Part shown: in pieces, positions 1 to 11,384 of the stretch
How positions within the stretch are numbered: position 1 is the stretch's first letter
Layout: each line of letters opens with the position of its first letter
From: the human T2T-CHM13v2.0 reference genome, Homo sapiens
Direction: 5' to 3' (one strand)
DNA: 64,000 nucleotides
Assembly (NCBI RefSeq): GCF_009914755.1
Contig: NC_060929.1
Program-made: the position numbers and the translations under genes
Notes under the pieces: generated by a model
Database searches by the model: none
What the model was told of the DNA's origin: nothing
Seen by the model: the letters and a program-made list of their open reading frames with translations, nothing else

Positions 1-242
1 TACGGATAAGGGCCTATAGATTAAGTGTGTGTGGCAGCGAATGGGAGACCAGGGTTCTGATCAGATTCACCACTAACCAATAGGCTATGAGGTCTGGGCA
101 ACTAACCTGCTCCTCCTAAGCTTGAGCTCAATTGCACTGTCTGCAAAACAGTGACCATGCTCCCTGTGCTCTCACTATCGCAAAGGGTGGTTTGGGGTTT
201 TGTTGAGATGATCTGACCTCCAATGCATCCTCCTACCCACTC

Positions 243-790
243 TTTCAACAATATTTACTGAGTGCCACACAAAGTCCTGGAGTGTTCAACTGGTAAGCAG
301 AACCAGACACAGGTCCTGGCATCATATACCTGTTCTTGTCAGGGGAGATAGACATAATTAAAAGGGCTAGGTGCGCAAAAGAGAGGATATACTGCCAAGA
401 GGGATTTAACCTGCTCAGGGAGAACTGAAGAGGCTTCCCTGAGAATGTATGTATTGGAATGTGAAAGATGGGTAGGGATTTAACCAGGCCAGGAGGGGAG
501 TGAAAGGGAGAATGTGTCTGAGGGATGTGCAAAGGTCCCGTGATAGAGGTGAACAAGGCAAGAGTGAAAAACTGATAGGTCACTGTAGTTGAGACAGAAG
601 TAGTGAAGGGAGCTATTGTGGGAGATGAGGTGACAGGCTAGGTAGGAGGCAACACCCCCCCCAAAAAGTTTTGCCATTATTCCAAGTGAATAGGGAAAAA
701 AATGAAAGGATTTGCAATGATTGTGATATAATCAAATCCAGGTTTTGACTAGATCAGTCCAGATGTACAATGGAAAACAAGTTAGAGGAA
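243..790 (-). mobile_element. L2 3' fragment
   Basis: TTCAACAATATTTACTGAGTG..., GAAGAGGCTTCCCTGAG, TGCAAAGGTCCCGTG. Boundaries approximate. Confidence 0.65.
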
Positions 791-914
791 GAATGAGGTA
801 GAATTTTTAAAGTGAAGATCATACACTTTTGGACATCAACTAAGGGCATGCCTGAGTTAAGGCATTGCGATGGATAAAAAAGTGACTTTGCCCTGAGAAA
901 CACTACACCAAAAT

Positions 915-1120
915 ATTTATTGGGCATTTTCTCTGTGTCAAGTATTCTTCATACATAATCTCAGGTAATTCTTTCAAAAGCTCTGTGAAATAGGTACTCA
1001 TACAAACAGAAAACTCAGGCAGAGAGAGGCTAAGTCACTGGCCCAGGGTTGCCCAGCTACAGGAAGCATAGCTAGGTTTAATTCGGGGACTGGAAAGTGA
1101 ATGTTCTTTCCACTGCACCA
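915..1120 (-). mobile_element. MIR
   Basis: ATTTATTGGGCATTT..GAAATAGGTACT..GAAAACTCAGGCAGAGAGAGGCTAAGTCACTGGCCCAGGGT. Confidence 0.65.
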
Positions 1121-2282
1121 CATCACATTGAAATATCACACAGGGTAGGTATGATAAATGCTCTGAAAGTGACATAAATTGCCAGGAGAATTTATGGAAT
1201 AACTAGTGTTACTGGTAGTTATAATGGTAGTGGTATTCATAGTAGTGTGGTAGTTAAGAAACCTCAATTAGGTGTTGTAGGTGTTCATGGTATTTGAACA
1301 GGGCATCTATTTTTTCAGAAATGTGTGCCATGCTTTTATAGTTTGTCACAAAGGAGCTCCCCACCTGAAGCTTGTGGTTGCTACCTGGTTCCTCTGCCGT
1401 CAAGAGGTACCAGAGCTCAAAGCAGGACCCCAAGGGTCACAAAAGAAATGGAATCTGCAGGACTTCCTGTGGCTCCTCCTAAACTCTTCCCCGGGCCTCC
1501 TCAGTTACCGTGCATTGTCTGCAGAGATTTCTTGTGGCTGTGGCGACATGGGAGGGAGCATGCAGCCAGGAACAAGAGGCATTACAGAGTGGGAGCTGCC
1601 AGCCCACAGCTTCAGCTTAATGTGATGGGCCTGCCTGCTAATTTAGGCTGACATATTCCATGATGTACTACTTAATGGGGAAGGGCTCCGTGTAGGTATC
1701 TGGGGATGGAGCCTCTAATGCTTTGCTCAGATAAGACAGGGGGGATGGAGAGCTGAATGCCGCTCGTGGTATTCCAACATCAGTCCCAGGCCTACGTCAA
1801 GGCTTGTCTGCTGCCCAGTGACTCCCCTCACAAGGAGAAAGAGGGAAGTTTGGTGGTTCAAGCAGGACACGATGGACCGATTAGGAAACCACATTGCGAC
1901 TGTGTTTTTCATCTGCTCTGGCCACATTCTCCCTTTAAGGCCAGGCAGGAAGGAGATCCGGACACTATTCCCTGAGTCAGGTCCACAGTCAATTGTTAAG
2001 GTTGTCTCTGGAAACATACATGGAGAGCTTCTTGTGCCAGTCACTGAGTTTAGAACCCCTGACTCCCTGCCTCACCCAACTCCAAGGTGTTATCTCCTCC
2101 AGCGCCCTCAGTAACCAACCTTCCAAGGAAGATTCCTCTGTTTGCCCCATTTTACAGGGGAGGTGGGGGGAGGTGGAGTATCTAGTCCAATGTCACACAA
2201 AGAATAAGCTGGGGGCTAGGATCTGAAGCCAGTTAATTTGGTTCCTGAATGAGCACACCTAGCCACTACTGTGAATGAAACT

Positions 2283-2361
2283 ATTAGGTTGAAATACAAA
2301 ACTGCCATGTTTGCAAGTCAAAAATTGTGAAATATCAGCAATCTCATGCGGTTTAACCTAA
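2283..2361. mobile_element. MADE2-like mariner MITE (about 80 bp, imperfect palindrome)
   Basis: TATTAGGTTGAA...TTTAACCTAA inverted termini; internal GTCAAAAA..AAATATCAGCAATCTCAT resembles MADE2. Confidence 0.7.
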
Positions 2362-3927
2362 CACTTTGGAAAGGCTCTGTGGTGTATGGATGTGACATCA
2401 AATCAGGGAACATTTTGCCTTAGAGCCTCTTCCTAGGACATCATCTGTGTGTGTGGTGGGAGTCTTACAGTGGGAGGCCATAGTGTCTAGGCCTCTCCTC
2501 CTTCATTATTCTTGGTATTATATGCTTGCATCCTCAATAATATCATGCTGAAAGAACTATTTCTGTGGATAAGCAAAGTATGAAAGTGAGTAGCCAGGGT
2601 AGTTCTTGAAATCTACAGATGAGGTCATTGAGGTCTGAGAGGTTAAGCACCTTGTCCATGGTCACCCTTCCGGGGTTGCTTGCACAGCCTAGGTCTCTGC
2701 TTCCTGTCCCAGACTTCTGCTCCCACACACCATCTGCCTGAGCCATCCTCCACAGGACCAGAATGCCCTTTTGCCAAATGACAAAAGCAGAGCCAGACAA
2801 AATTCAGATCAGGCCAGGACATCTTAACTCAGTTCAAACCTTGTCTGAGCCATGTTGGCAGAGTCATTGATGGGGCTAGGATCAAGGCGGAGACAAGGGA
2901 TGTGCTGAGTGAACAGTGGTCAGTCCTTGGCCCTCTGAGCGGTCAGTCCTTGGCCTGTCTGCAGGTGGTTCTGTGTTGAGCAGCTGGAATTCAGTGATGT
3001 CCCCCGATTCAGGTGCTTCACCCTCCTCTCTGACCCTGGTTGAGTTTCAGCTCATTCTCCTAGGCTGCTTTCAAAGGATGCACATCCCAGCCCTGTGTCT
3101 TGCCTGGACACCCAGTATTATATTAGAATATCAACCGAATAATGTCCCAAGCCCCAAAAGAGCAGCCTGAATCTAATCTGCAATAAAGCTTACAGAGATA
3201 TATTTCAGTTGTAATATTCCTGGGAAGCTCTTCCCCCCCAGAGAGTGGCACGGCTTCCCCGCTCACTTCAATCAGTCCCTGCTCAAATGTCACCCCCTCA
3301 GGGAGGCCTTCCGTGACCATCCCACCTCAAATCGCACAGCCTTCAGTCTATCCTCTTCCCCAACTGACTGCTCAGAGTTTTTTAAACACTTCAGCAGTTC
3401 CTCAGTGAATTTTCATCGCTATCCTATGATTAACTTGGTAGATGTTACAATCCCTATTGCACAGATGAGAAAGCTGAGGCAGAAAGGTGAAGTTGTCTGA
3501 AGGCTCACAGTGAGTCTGAGGCAGGGCGAGTACTCAGGCCTGGCACTCCTGCCACTCCTTGACTCAGGAGTCTATACCCTTAGTCGCTTAAGGCACACTC
3601 AGATGCTTGGGAGGCAGACAAGTAAATAGATCTTTCAGCGAGGGCGATCACGCTGCCATGGAGGTCATCAGGCACTGCCCAGGCCGTATGAACCAAACGG
3701 GTCCTGCCTGGGGATCCCAAGGCAGACCTCAGAAAGGAGAAGACTACCAAGCTAGGCAGGGCTTGAAGGGTGGGTGGGAGGTCCCCAAAGAGAGGTGGGG
3801 GGTAGGGAGGGGAGGGAACTGGGCTTCAGTCAGAGGGACCAGCAGTGTGCAAACTCAGAGGAGAGACAGCAAAGTATACACATAAAGATGGGTAACTGTG
3901 CTTCTGGGGTGAGGTCAGTGATTTAGT

Positions 3928-4690
3928 TATTCATTCAACAAATACTTATTAAATCCCTCCTCAATAGCAGACATATTCTAGGGACCGGTGCCACAACAGT
4001 GAACTCTCTGTGGTACAGAAGTTCTTGTGTGTATGTGTACATGAGGAAAACCTGAGTTGGGTAAGGGGCTAGCAAGCGAGAGGTATGCTCTTTGAGGTGG
4101 GGTGGTCATAGAAGGCCTCTCTGAGGGAGTGGGGTATGAACAGAGACCTGAATGAAGTGAGAGGGGGAGCCATGCAGCAATGTGGGGAGGAGCATTCCAG
4201 CCAGGGGGAACAGGAAATGCAAAGGCACTGAGGTTGGAGTGTGCTCAGAGTACAGGAGGAACAATAGCAAAGAGCTTTTTTTTTTTTTAAGTAAGAAATG
4301 GGGTCTTGCTATGTTGCCCAGGCTGGAGTGCACTGGTGATTCACAGGCACGATCCCACTACTGATCAATACGGGAGTTTTCACTTGTTCTGTTTCTGACC
4401 TGGGTAGGTTAACCCCTCCTTAGGCAGCCTGGTGGTCCCTCACTCCCGGGAGGCCACCATATTAATGTGAACTTAGTGTGGACATCCTAACAGCATAGGG
4501 CACTACAGCCCAGGACTCCTAGGCTCCAGTGATCTTCCTGCCTCAGCCTCCTGAGTAGCTGACTACAGGCACGTGCCATGTACCTGTCAGCAAAGAGCTT
4601 TTATGGCTGGAGAGGAGTGAGTAAGGAAGCATGGCAGTTGGAGAAGATGTTGGATCAGTAGTCAGGGCCGGATCACCACCTTCACTGTGC
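3928..4690 (-). mobile_element. L2 3' fragment (host of the 7SL insertion)
   Basis: TTCATTCAACAAATACTTATT; AGAAGGCCTCTCTGAG..AGAGACCTGAATGAAG..GAGCATTCCAG..GGAACAG..TGCAAAGGCACTGAGG. Continues after the 7SL TSD. Confidence 0.75.
4280..4588 (-). pseudogene. RN7SL791P: Full-length 7SL (SRP RNA) retropseudogene
   Basis: The reverse complement follows 7SL, including the central S-domain that Alus lack (GGGACCACCAGGCTGCCTAAGGAGGGGTTAACC...CAGGTCAGAAAC). Has an A-tail and a 14-bp TSD AGCAAAGAGCTTTT at 4266-4279 and 4589-4602. Inserted in an L2. The number is from memory and is unverified. Confidence 0.92.
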
Positions 4691-5429
4691 GGGTGAGGAA
4701 AGCTCAGGGAGGTGTGGCTACCTGTGAGTAGCTGCCTGATATGGGACTCTATCCTCCCTCACCATTCCTTCTGTCTCTGCTCACCCGCTTTGAGTCTTCC
4801 TCCCTCAGGTTCTTATTATCTTTCCCGCCTCTCCTCTTGGGAAATACCAGATCATCTTTCACTTCCCAGAACGCATTTACTAACAAAATGAATGTTGCTG
4901 TCATTTGGCTTATTTGGTGACCACACCAGCGATTCTTCACAATCTTCCATGACACCTAAGTGGGGGTTGGCGGGTCACAGTGCCTTGCTTCAGAGACATG
5001 CAATTAAAGCAGAGTAGAGCCCTAGAAAACAGGAAGCCCCTGAAGCCTCCACTTTAAAAAACATATGTGAAAAGGCACAGCAAGGGGAGGCCATGGGGAG
5101 GACTCCCCTCAATGCGCCTTCATGAGAGGAGTTTTTCACAGAGAAAAAACAACAGCTGTGTTTACCATGGCAACCTCCAGCAGCTCAGTAAATTGACAGA
5201 TTCAAGGCAAGACTCGGAGAAGAGAGAAGAGATGGCCAGATAGGAGATAAAGAACAGAAAAGATGAAGTCATGGAGAAGGAAGAAAAGAGAGATGTCTGT
5301 CTGTAGGATGTGGATGGATTTTAGCTGTTTAGTAACTCTAGGTCAAATCTCATTGAGGTGAACAGATAAACCTTTGAATACCATTGCTTGTTACGTACAA
5401 GCATAATCAATTATGTTATGGAAGGAGCA

Positions 5430-5642
5430 TCCACATTCTCCTTCCTAAAATCAGATCTCAGGAGTACCCACAGGGTAGGTTCTCCTTACTTTTGCAAAAG
5501 AAAGATATAGAAAATGTACCTTAACTTATCCTGAATCTTACTAAGGTGTACTATGCAATTCATAAACACTTCTGAGAGGGGACATTTGCATGATACTTTT
5601 AATCAAGGCCCCATAGACGACCCCATCCCCAGCTCATTATGA
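5430..5642 (+). repeat. Copy A of a ~210-bp local direct duplication
   Basis: Nearly identical to 6520-6737 (TTCTCCTTCCTAAAATCAGATC...CCCCATCCCCAG.TCATTATGA). Confidence 0.92.
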
Positions 5643-6519
5643 TACGTACAACATAATCAACATTATGGGGTCTTTTGAAAAAATTGCTGTCAATTTAAAT
5701 CCACACTTGCTCCATATCTCCTTGTTAGTGTTCAACAGATGCTCCCCATTCCCCTCTCCAAATAATTGAGATTACATTTAGACTGACAGTATATATCAAG
5801 GTCATGGGGTTTGGTGGGTTCTGTATCATCAATTAGGAAGTGCACATAGGAAGGTTATAACCACACACTGGCCCCAGATAAGGCCTTCAACAAACATTTA
5901 TTGAGCATCTACTACATGCTGAGAAGTTGCCACACAGAGTATCCTTGAGAAGCTTAGAGGAGGTAGGCAATATGTAACCCCCTCCTTCTTCTTACTCAAA
6001 CCACCCCTTTTGGGAAGGCTGTTTGACCTAGAAAAGACAAAGATGAGAGCGGAAGTCCTGGGTGTCCACCTCATCCTAGGTATACGGAAACCCTGACCCT
6101 GGTGCTCTGGGACCACAGGTTTGAGGCCCAGTGGAGAATCTGAGGGTGAATATGTTATCCCATCTTGAGGCACTAGACGGTAAATCTCTCAGAGGGGCTT
6201 GGAAATTCCAGATTCCGGCCTCGCTTCAAATTTATCACCTTGCCTTTTCACTGGGCTTCCTTCAAGAAACAGCCTTCATGACTTTTTAGTAACAACTGGG
6301 ACCCAGACTTCATTTTCAAGGAAGAGGGAGTAAGTTGTCATAAAAATGGGAGAGCATTGGGTCCTCCTATAAATATCCTAATTCCAAAGAATACAGCTCA
6401 GTGGTACAGAGCAGCCGTCTTCAATGAGAATACCATTCCCCTAGGAACAGCAGTGGTGGATGACTTCCTAAGAACTATGTGAAAAAGTTTTAAGGAAATT
6501 CATTTCTTCATTCCTAACT

Positions 6520-6737
6520 TCCATGTTCTCCTTCCTAAAATCAGATCTTCTCAGGAGTACCCACAGCCTAGGTTCTCCTTCTTCCTTTTTCAAAAGAAAG
6601 ATATAGAAGATGTACTTTAACTTATCCTGAATCTTACCAAGGTGTACTATGCAATTCATAAACATTCCTGAGAGGGACATTTGCATGATACTTTTAATCA
6701 AGGCCGCATAGACGCCCCCATCCCCAGATCATTATGA
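6520..6737 (+). repeat. Copy B of the ~210-bp local direct duplication
   Basis: Long exact shared blocks with copy A, e.g. AAGGTGTACTATGCAATTCATAAACA and GACATTTGCATGATACTTTTAATCAAGGCC. Confidence 0.92.
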
Positions 6738-8991
6738 GATGCATTTCTAATAAAATGTTACTTTTTATATTTATTCATCATTTGTCAGAATTATATGTTT
6801 ATGTTGTTTTGATGTATTGTGTTCTATTAATAGTCAAAGCAACAACTAAACCCAGAAGATAATTTTAAAGTCTTACAGTCATATATTCATAAAAGAAAAA
6901 GTCTATTTACATCTATATTTGTCATAGAAATGATCAAAAAACCTTTTAACATGATTTAGGGGAAATGCAATAAAAATAGATGTTTGAAGAAGAAAAAATA
7001 ATAATATGAAGCTTTTGACTTAAAAAAAATTTGTTCACATATTCTTTTAGTGGGTATTGGTGAGTATCCAGTAATGAGGTATTTAAATCCCACTGGATGC
7101 AACCAAAAGATGATATAAAAGCTTTATTTTAAACTGCCAATGTTTAAAATACTTTGAAATCACATTTTCTGCAATTATTTAACATTACAATGGAAATGCT
7201 TAGTTGCCTACTTTAAAAAGCTCAGGAAAGTACATAGCTATTCAAAATTCTTCTGGAGGTACACAAGCACACAATTTGAATGGTATAAGAGGGTTTTTAG
7301 AGTTATGTGGACTTGGGCTTGGATCCTGGCTGTGCTAATTACCAACCATGTGGCCTTGGGTTTGCTGCTTAGTCTTTCTTGGTATCAGTATTCCCCTCCT
7401 TAATGTTGGGGATATGTAACATTTTCAGTAGCACTGTTAAGAGAACTTAGCACGACGATTGACACATACCATCTAACGAAGAAACATTTATGGAGACATG
7501 ATTTGTGCCAGGATTGTGCTAATCATTTATGCACATCATGTTATTGAATCTTCACAATGGCCTTATGAAGTAGGTACTAAGATCATTGTCATTTTATGGA
7601 TGTAACTCCTGAAGCAACACAGGTCATGAAGTTTGCCCAAGGTCATATTGTTGCCAAGGGGTAGAATTGTCCCTGGATGTCAGCTGTCTGGCTCCAGCCC
7701 CTATGGTAGCTATTATTAGCATTCTTACCATTAACTTCCAATTGTAGAAAAATGGTCCATTCTGAAAGATTGCTTGGGGAAGATTTTCTGACTTTTCTAT
7801 ATTGACTATGAGGTTTTAGCATCTCTTCCATCCACCAAGGGAATTCAGTCATGATTATATAATGTTAAGGTTGCTTAGGAAAAGTAGCCAGGGGAATGAT
7901 TGGTCATTGGATAGAGATTAACTTTATTGAGAATTTAAAAAGCTGAAAGCTCTCCTGGTTAGGAGTTTTGCAAATAGCTCCGTCCTCATTGTCATGAAAA
8001 TCTTGAACAATATGGACGCTCATCCAATTATCAAAGCAACCTGGGGGGCAGAGTCTGGCATTGTGTGTACCCATTATTGAAGGATAATTCAGTGTAACAA
8101 ACCAAATAGAGTATGTACAATGACTGTCAAATAAAATAAACCACTAACAAATTAAATTACTTTTCATTTTCAGTAGGAAGAATGCCAGTCATTTTTCATT
8201 TTAAAAAATATGCATCTTAATTCCATTTTTTAAAAACGTGAAAAGAAGCATTTAAAGGCCTCTTGTGCTATCTATACTGATGTTTATTTTCTATAGATAT
8301 ATTTCTCCTGGTCCTGGGGCATTTTCCCTCAAAGAATTAGTGGAGCGTTAAACCTCGCTTTGGTCAAAAAACCTGTTTCTTCCATGGATCAATGGTGGAT
8401 GGTGTTCAGAAAGCAGGAGTGATAGGCTGGCTCTGGCTTACAGCGACATATCAGAGCTGTTGTTTCCAGAATGAAACTGCCACTCACCAGCACCCCGCCA
8501 AAACCCCCTGGGAATCCTATCCAAATAATATAATTTTGAGATTTCCCTGCTCACACCCTTCAACAGCCTCAATATGTCCCTAATTTCTTCTTTTACTGGC
8601 TTTGTCATACAGATTGAAATAAGCCTGAGAAGAAAAACCTCTTTGAACCAAGTCAGGCTTTGTGTTTCAGGTCATTAAATATCTTAGAATTATATTCTTT
8701 CATTTGACAAACATTTATTAAGTGCCAATCACTGTATTAGGTAGTATGTGTACACAGTGAACAAAAGAGATTAAGGGGTAGAATTTAAAGTCTAACAGGG
8801 AAGAAAGACATTAATGTCTCTAAGTAAATACATTGTTATAAACTGTCACTGATGCTACAAAGAGATGTATATTGTTTCATGAGAGAAAGAAATAGGGGCT
8901 CTAACTTAGACTGAGGAATCAGATAAGTTGTTTTTAAAGAAATGACAATTCATCCCACGAAAGCAGGGCCATAAGCATTCAATCCTCTAAA

Positions 8992-9195
8992 TCAGTGTTT
9001 CTCAATTAGGAGCGATTTTGCCACTGGGCAGTGTCTGGAGGTATTTTTGGTTGCCACAATAGAGGGGATGTTACTGGCATCCGTGTGCAGGAGCTAGGGA
9101 GGTAGCTAAACTCATTTTGATGAACAAGGTAGCTCCTCCTGAAACAAAAAATTATCTAGCTTAAAATGTCAACAGTTCCAAGGCTGAAAAACCCA
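8992..9195. mobile_element. MER20 (hAT-Charlie)
   Basis: CAGTGTTTCTCAA..GATTTTGCC..GTCTGGAG..TTTTTGGTTGCCACAA..TACTGGCATC..AATTATCTAGCTTAAAATGTCAACAGT..AGGCTGAAAAACCC. Confidence 0.8.
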
Positions 9196-10230
9196 AGTCT
9201 TAAGGACACTCTCCTGGAACACAGTCCAAATCTAGGGTGCATAGAAGAAACCAAGTACTAACTTCTACAATAGACCAGCAATAAGTTTCAGTTCATGAAG
9301 ACGTTTTGGATTAAAAGGTACTTCATATACAAAGATATATACATATATACATAAATATATAAAATATCTATGTTTAATATCTATATTTCAAAGACATATA
9401 AAATATATATTTGAAAGACTTATCCCCTATGGCCAGCTGTAAGAATAATAAATGCATAAAAGCTGCCTGGGGAATTAATGTATATATTTTAAATTCAGTG
9501 CGTCAAAAATGGTTTGCATGGCAAAAAATTTCATGCTCTTTGTGTCATTGACTTCTTTTGGCCTGACTATAAAAAGGAGAGGAAAGATACCTTTTTCTCA
9601 GAAGATAAACTCGCTAATTACCAACTCATGCAGAAACCTGTAATTCTGCCAGTTTTATCTTATTTTTTCCCCAGACACTTACTTTTTATGCCAATATCAC
9701 TATTTCTCAAAGTGTGTTTCCCTGTTCACTGCCTTTCCTGTTATTTCCTTTGATGTTTTACATTGTGTAATGCCACAAGAAAAAAAGAGACATCTTAAAA
9801 TACCCCAGTAGAGGAAAATTTCAATTAACATTTATAGCTGGGGAGAGTGGGATTGGGAGAGGCGGTGGTTTAATTTTTGGTTAGTTTGGTTAGGATTAAG
9901 CACAAAAATTGTTTTTGCTGTTTTTTAACTGTTATTGATGAAGTATTACTTTTTCCTACTATTAGGATAAATATCACTGAATCTTTGATCACCGAGGATT
10001 GACCAAGCCTCCGAAGTATCACACTGCATTCTGTCATTTATTACCGTGGAATATACAGAACCAAGAAGATAAATACAAATTTGATATTAACTTCAAGAAT
10101 CTTGCAGCTGGAAGTTACCTGAGAAGTCATTTACATTAAAAAGGTCTGGATAAACACAAAGATGCATTTCTAAGAATTTAAAAAACATGGCCTTTCATAG
10201 ATATCCATAGAATGTCAGTTCTACCTCCCA

Positions 10231-10244
10231 CCAACAGATGGCAG
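10231..10244 (+). promoter_or_regulatory. Candidate CTCF site
   Basis: CCAACAGATGGCAG matches the CTCF core CCASYAGRKGGCRS at 13 of 14 positions. Motif only; binding is unknown. Confidence 0.4.
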
Positions 10245-10389
10245 TAGTAATTACTAGCAACACTTTGATTTAGAAACAAATTGACTTAAGATTGACATTT
10301 CAGGGTTACATTGTCTGATTCCCAACCTTGGCTGCACATCAGAATCAAATAAGACCTCTTGTTAAAAACTGATGCCTGCCTCCCCGGGG

Positions 10390-10566
10390 TGCTCTTTTGC
10401 CCTTCTGCTTCTGCCATGGGGTGATGTTGCATGAAGACTCTCACAAGATGCTGGCACCTTGATATTGAACTTTCCAGCCTCTAATACTGTGAGAAATAAA
10501 TTTCTTTTCTTTATAAATTACCCAGTCTGTGGTATTCTATTATACAAACACAAAATAGACTAAGAC
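10390..10566 (+). mobile_element. ERVL-MaLR LTR 3' half (MST/MLT1A type)
   Basis: GATGCTGGCACCTTGAT..CCAGCCTC..ACTGTGAGAAATAAATTTC..TTTATAAATTACCCAGTCTGTGGTATTCT..GACTAAGAC. Confidence 0.8.
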
Positions 10567-10934
10567 TATGGGTTTAAAATGATTTTTATAGTTCTATACT
10601 GATTGAAGGTTTATGTTAATTTTAAAAATTCTGATTATTTTTATAATAATAAAAAGAAAATCACTTATGGAAGATAAAAATGACAGGAAAAGGGTTACTA
10701 TTTATGATATACAAAGAGTTCATGAAAATTAGTAAAAAGACAAACAGCTCAGTAAAAATATGGGCAAAAATAGGAATGAAAAATTCAGAAAAAGGGAAAA
10801 GAAAATGACCAAGACATAGATAGAAATATGCCCAACTCATTAGTAAAGAGATGTAAATTAAGATTTTTTAAATCTTTAATCTTATAAAAGATTAATCTGA
10901 TGAATCTTTTAATTTTTAACCTTTATGCATAAAG

Positions 10935-11175
10935 AATTTACTCTATGCCAGTCACTGTTATAAGTCTTAAAACTATTAATTCATTTACACTCATAACAAT
11001 TTTATGAGGTAGGTATTCATATCATCCTCTTTTTACAGATCAGCATATCTGAGACACAAAGCAGTAATGTGTCCTAGCTAAAAGTACACAACTAGTACTT
11101 GCTGGAGCTGAGACAGGTACTCAGTATTTCTAGCCAAGGGAGTCCTAACTCTAAACCACTATACTATGCTGCCTC
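10935..11175 (-). mobile_element. MIR
   Basis: TTTACTCTATGCCAGTCACTGT..TATGAGGTAGGTATT..TTTTACAGAT..CTGAGACAC..AACCACTATACTATGCTGCCT. Confidence 0.7.
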
Positions 11176-11384
11176 TCAGTTGGAAGTATAAAAAGAAAAA
11201 TATAACATTCTATCCTGGAGATGGAATAAACAACAAGCATTTACTCATGGAAGCATAAACTACCACAAGATTTTCAGAAGGTAATCTGGAAGTAGCTGTT
11301 AAAATAACATATACATCTTTTAACTTAGTAAACCTTACTTTAATGAAATCCATCCTATAAAAACATCCGTAAATAACAATATAC

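Noticed and set aside
1281-2226. Cluster of overlapping 70-115 aa ORFs in moderately GC-rich sequence
   Set aside because: No recognisable domain, overlapping frames on both strands, and mostly GTG/TTG starts, which are not meaningful here.
2918-2960. GGTCAGTCCTTGGCC repeated at a 23-bp period
   Set aside because: Only two copies; an ordinary slippage duplication.
6740-7280. AT-rich segment resembling an old hAT/Charlie fragment
   Set aside because: I could not assign a family or boundaries by eye; it needs a Dfam search.
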